Shown here: positions 7,558 to 10,324 of the stretch, one piece after another | Layout of the letters: each line of letters opens with the position of its first letter | How positions within the stretch are numbered: position 1 is the stretch's first letter | DNA from: a virus | DNA: 10,324 nt | Strand: one strand, 5' to 3' | UHGV virus genome: UHGV-1724002 | Notes under the pieces: generated by a model | Told to the model about the DNA's origin: nothing | Database searches by the model: none | Seen by the model: only the letters and a program-made list of their open reading frames with translations | Program-made: the position numbers and the translations under genes

Positions 7558-8023
7558 AATTGCCAATGAATACGCAAAATTGATGGATTCAGATTTAGAG
7601 CCAGAGATGATTGCTGACACAATAGAAGGCATGGAAGGAGAATTTACCGATAAAATAGAGCAACTTCTTGCCATTATTAAAAATGAATCTGGTTATGCTG
7701 AACGCCTCAAGGACGAGGCGAAGTCACTGAATGAACGAGCAGCAGTAATTCAAAATAAGATTGACAGCATCAAATCATATATAGCGTCATCGCTTGAAAT
7801 GGTTGGCAAGAAAAAGATTCGAGCAGGTATTCACCAGGTAACAATCCGCAAACCGTCAGAAACCGTAGAAATCATCGACTCAAGCGCCCTTCCTCCTGAA
7901 TACGTTGAGTTTGAAACGACAATTAAAGCCGACAAGTTGGCAATCAAGCACCAACTAAAAGCAGGAATAAATATCCCAGGCGCTCAACTCAAGGTTGGGA
8001 AACCTTCACTTCTTATCAAATAA
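7541..8023 (+). CDS. Hypothetical protein, possibly Gp157-family (recombination-module associated)
   Basis: GTG start 7541 with SD ggagg 6 nt upstream; overlaps the recT 3' end. The family assignment is from memory of recT-adjacent Gp157-like genes, unverified. Confidence 0.5.
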   Translation: MSKLYEIANEYAKLMDSDLEPEMIADTIEGMEGEFTDKIEQLLAIIKNESGYAERLKDEAKSLNERAAVIQNKIDSIKSYIASSLEMVGKKKIRAGIHQVTIRKPSETVEIIDSSALPPEYVEFETTIKADKLAIKHQLKAGINIPGAQLKVGKPSLLIK

Positions 8024-8034
8024 CGGTATCGCCT

Positions 8035-8349
8035 ATGAAAAAGACTCCTTGGGAGAAATGGGAAGTCGATTTCTTGCGCGAAGTAGCGGCAACAATGCCA
8101 GTTGAAGTTATTGCTGAAAAACTGGAAAGGACTGAAAAAGCAGTTATGGCGAAAGCAACAAGGATTGGCGCTGACATTGTTAGCCGACTTCGTGGAAGAC
8201 GCTGGACAAGAGCCGAAGTATCACTTTTCGGTAAGTTCTCCGCAGAAGAAATAGCAATTGCAACCTGCCGCTCAATTTATTCAGTAAGAGCTATGCGATA
8301 CAAGCTAAAAAAACTCGATGAAGAAAGAGCAGGCATACGAATAAATTAA
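8035..8349 (+). CDS. Hypothetical 104-aa protein with an internal tandem repeat of a helix-turn-helix-like motif
   Basis: Two similar segments: WEKWEVDFLREVAATMPVEVIAEKLERTEKAVMAKATRIG and WTRAEVSLFGKFSAEEIAIATCRSIYSVRAMRYKL. Confidence 0.5.
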   Translation: MKKTPWEKWEVDFLREVAATMPVEVIAEKLERTEKAVMAKATRIGADIVSRLRGRRWTRAEVSLFGKFSAEEIAIATCRSIYSVRAMRYKLKKLDEERAGIRIN

Positions 8350-8528
8350 CAAAGAGGAATTTACCATGAGATGACTTGCATACAACCCCGGCATTCTTCC
8401 TGCAGAATGATTATTCGCCAACGCGTAAAGCCAATGCCATCGAGAGAGGAATTGCTTAAGAGAAAGAGTTTCGGTTCTGTTAATGACAACAAATATCTGA
8501 ATGCGATGTTGCGCAAAGGAGGCAACCA

Positions 8529-9224
8529 ATGAGCGAAATTAATTACCAGGCACTGCGTGAGGCGGCACAGAACGCGAAAGATTTAGGTGGGATTAAGAAT
8601 TACAAGCGAGGTGAGCAAGCTGTTGCCGAATTTGAGTCCTTAATAACGCCACACATTGTGCTGGCGCTTCTGGATGAACGGGAAAGAAACCAGCAATACA
8701 TCAAACGCCGCGACCAGGAGAACGAGGATATTGCGCTAACGGTAGGGAAGCTGCGCGTTGAGCTTGAAGCAGCAAAATCAAAACTCAACGAGCAGCGCGA
8801 GTATTACGAGGGAGTAATCGCGGATGGAAGTAAGCGTATTGCTGAACTGGAGAAAAGCGAAGAGCAACTCATCAACGAGCGTGACCATGCTGAGTCTGCT
8901 TTAGCTGATATGTATTTTGCAGCAACCGGGGATAGGCCTGAGTGGAGCAACTGGTTCGGCTTTTCAGATGCTGTCGATGCCGTGGTTGACAGAATTGCTG
9001 ATTTAGAAGCTAAACAGCCATCGCCAGTAGTGCCGGATAATGCATCAGAGTCTCTTGCTTATGCTTACAAAGAGCTTACGCCTGAGATTATGCGCGGTCA
9101 TATCGCTGTATTCGAGCGATATGGAATAGCCCCAAACGATAGCATTACCACAATTCAGGCACTGCGAATCGCGCTGGATGGTATAGAGCGGAGCAACGCC
9201 ATGCTTCAGGGGAAAGGAGAGTGA
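8529..9224 (+). CDS. Hypothetical 231-aa coiled-coil protein, possibly Ead/Ea22-like
   Basis: Strong SD aaaggagg before the ATG; a central region of coiled-coil character; position corresponds to the lambda ea22 neighbourhood. Family call is from memory and weak. Confidence 0.7.
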   Translation: MSEINYQALREAAQNAKDLGGIKNYKRGEQAVAEFESLITPHIVLALLDERERNQQYIKRRDQENEDIALTVGKLRVELEAAKSKLNEQREYYEGVIADGSKRIAELEKSEEQLINERDHAESALADMYFAATGDRPEWSNWFGFSDAVDAVVDRIADLEAKQPSPVVPDNASESLAYAYKELTPEIMRGHIAVFERYGIAPNDSITTIQALRIALDGIERSNAMLQGKGE

Positions 9225-9225
9225 T

Positions 9226-9843
9226 ATGACCACTATTACCAGAGAACAAGCTCTGAAAATTATTGAGGCAGCCGATGAGGTTATTAGTGCGCTTGCCGGA
9301 ACTAACGAGGATGTTCACCCTGGTAGCGATAACATGCTACGCCTGTGGGATGACCTGAATGACCGTTACGCGCCCCCGGAAGTAGTGCGTGAGCTGGCAC
9401 GAATTGTGCTGGCATCGCTGGAAGCGGAGCCTGTTCTGTATCAGTCCTGCACACGCCCCACCTGGAATAGCGGTGTTCCGTGGACGGAATGGAAAGAACG
9501 AAGTCGTGAGTGCTACGAAGACGATTTGCGCTTTACAGACACGCCTGACCATGCCGGTTGGATAAACAAATGCCGAAAACTATATACCACTCCGCCAGCG
9601 CCGGTAATACAGGCTGATGTCGCGCAAGCAATTGAAAATCTCAAGCAGAAGTTAGTGGAATGCAATCGCTATAACTACTGCGCAGATGCAGTTAAAGGCA
9701 TAGAGGTGCCTGCCGTGCTGTTAGCTATAGCCAAGCCGACAATCAACCAGCATCTGGCAACCAGGCTGCCGAATCCAATCGCAGTAATGAGTGGACCGGC
9801 AATCCTGATATTGATAACGCCATCATCATGCTCGACCGCATAG
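9226..9843 (+). CDS. Hypothetical 205-aa protein (C-terminal 35 aa may be out-of-frame read-through)
   Basis: Start overlaps the upstream stop (TGATATG). The tail ..PAILILITPSSCSTA looks non-protein-like, and the next gene's frame is open from about 9736. Confidence 0.6.
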   Translation: MTTITREQALKIIEAADEVISALAGTNEDVHPGSDNMLRLWDDLNDRYAPPEVVRELARIVLASLEAEPVLYQSCTRPTWNSGVPWTEWKERSRECYEDDLRFTDTPDHAGWINKCRKLYTTPPAPVIQADVAQAIENLKQKLVECNRYNYCADAVKGIEVPAVLLAIAKPTINQHLATRLPNPIAVMSGPAILILITPSSCSTA

Positions 9844-10181
9844 ATACGGCGGAAAGTTGCGATGATGACCGTATTGAGGCTGTTAAGGCTGTTTTGCGTA
9901 GACTGGCTGGCAACTATCCGGTAACTCCGGATGGTTGGGTTATAGTGCCGAAGAAACTAACCGCTGAGAACGGCGCTAAGGGTGTGCTATCCGGTGAATT
10001 TTCAGAAACTACGTTTATAAGCTGCCCGGAATGCTTTGGCGATGATGATTGCGATACCTGTGACGGGAGCGGACGAATTGAAATTAAAGTACCAGTCACG
10101 TGGACGACCATAAAATCCATCTGGGATAAAGGTATTGCGCATTTTGCAGCAAAACCGCCGCAGGAGGTTAACCGTGGCTAA
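9828..10181 (+). CDS. Hypothetical protein with a CxxC...CxxC zinc-ribbon-like motif (start may lie upstream, as early as about 9736)
   Basis: Motif CPECFGDDDCDTCDGSGRI; in-frame upstream sequence ..SNRSNEWTGNPDIDNAIIMLDRI is protein-like. Confidence 0.55.
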   Translation: MLDRIDTAESCDDDRIEAVKAVLRRLAGNYPVTPDGWVIVPKKLTAENGAKGVLSGEFSETTFISCPECFGDDDCDTCDGSGRIEIKVPVTWTTIKSIWDKGIAHFAAKPPQEVNRG

Positions 10182-10324
10182 CCTGCAACTTGCCGTCAAA
10201 GGTGAATACTTCGATGCCATGATTCGCGGAGAGAAAACGGAAGAGTATCGCCTGTGTAATGACTACTGGAATAAGCGAATTATGTTCCGCGAGTATGACC
10301 GCCTGATTATCACAAAGGGATATC
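10174..10324 (+). CDS. Hypothetical protein, possibly ASCH-domain (3' partial at window edge)
   Basis: GTG start with SD ggagg 6 nt upstream, overlapping the previous stop. ..KGEYFDAMIRGEKTEEYR fits the ASCH GxKxxExR motif from memory. Confidence 0.4.
   Translation, partial: MANLQLAVKGEYFDAMIRGEKTEEYRLCNDYWNKRIMFREYDRLIITKGY

Noticed and set aside
7330-7674. Minus-strand 114-aa ORF across the recT/gp157 junction
   Set aside because: Antisense to two co-oriented genes; AT-rich frame artefact.
8371-8532. Possible 53-aa ORF between the 104-aa and 231-aa genes (and minus-strand ORF 8305..8529)
   Set aside because: Weak SD and no recognisable features; the interval more likely holds only the strong SD of the 231-aa gene. 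Left unannotated.

Overview
The window is the immunity/early region of a lambdoid prophage with phage-lambda immunity, laid out in inverse orientation to the standard lambda map. Left to right: a partial O-like replication initiator with an internal iteron/AT-rich origin (minus strand), a small ORF, a cII-like gene, a hybrid nutR, cro, OR1-3 with PR/PRM, cI, a single AT-rich 301-aa cargo gene in the slot lambda uses for rexA-rexB, a tIMM-like terminator, OL1-3/PL, nutL, N, then a PL-driven early-left operon. That operon holds small accessory ORFs, two intrinsic terminators, a highly charged coiled-coil protein, cIII, kil, a RecT-family recombinase, a Gp157-like protein, Ea22-like proteins, a zinc-ribbon-motif protein and a partial ASCH-like ORF. 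The main candidate for a new or accessory system is the cI-linked 301-aa gene, which looks like a KilA-N-type N-terminus and may be a BstA-like exclusion protein; this is from memory of the family, not a search. A second theme is that at least five genes (O twice, cII-like, the coiled-coil gene, recT) are broken by single-base deletions in A/T homopolymers, which points to homopolymer sequencing error or, less likely, prophage decay. OR1 is 1 bp short of the canonical 17-bp operator, and nutR carries a P22-type boxB while N and nutL are lambda-type. All identifications rest on reading the sequence and recalled protein/operator sequences; no database search was run.
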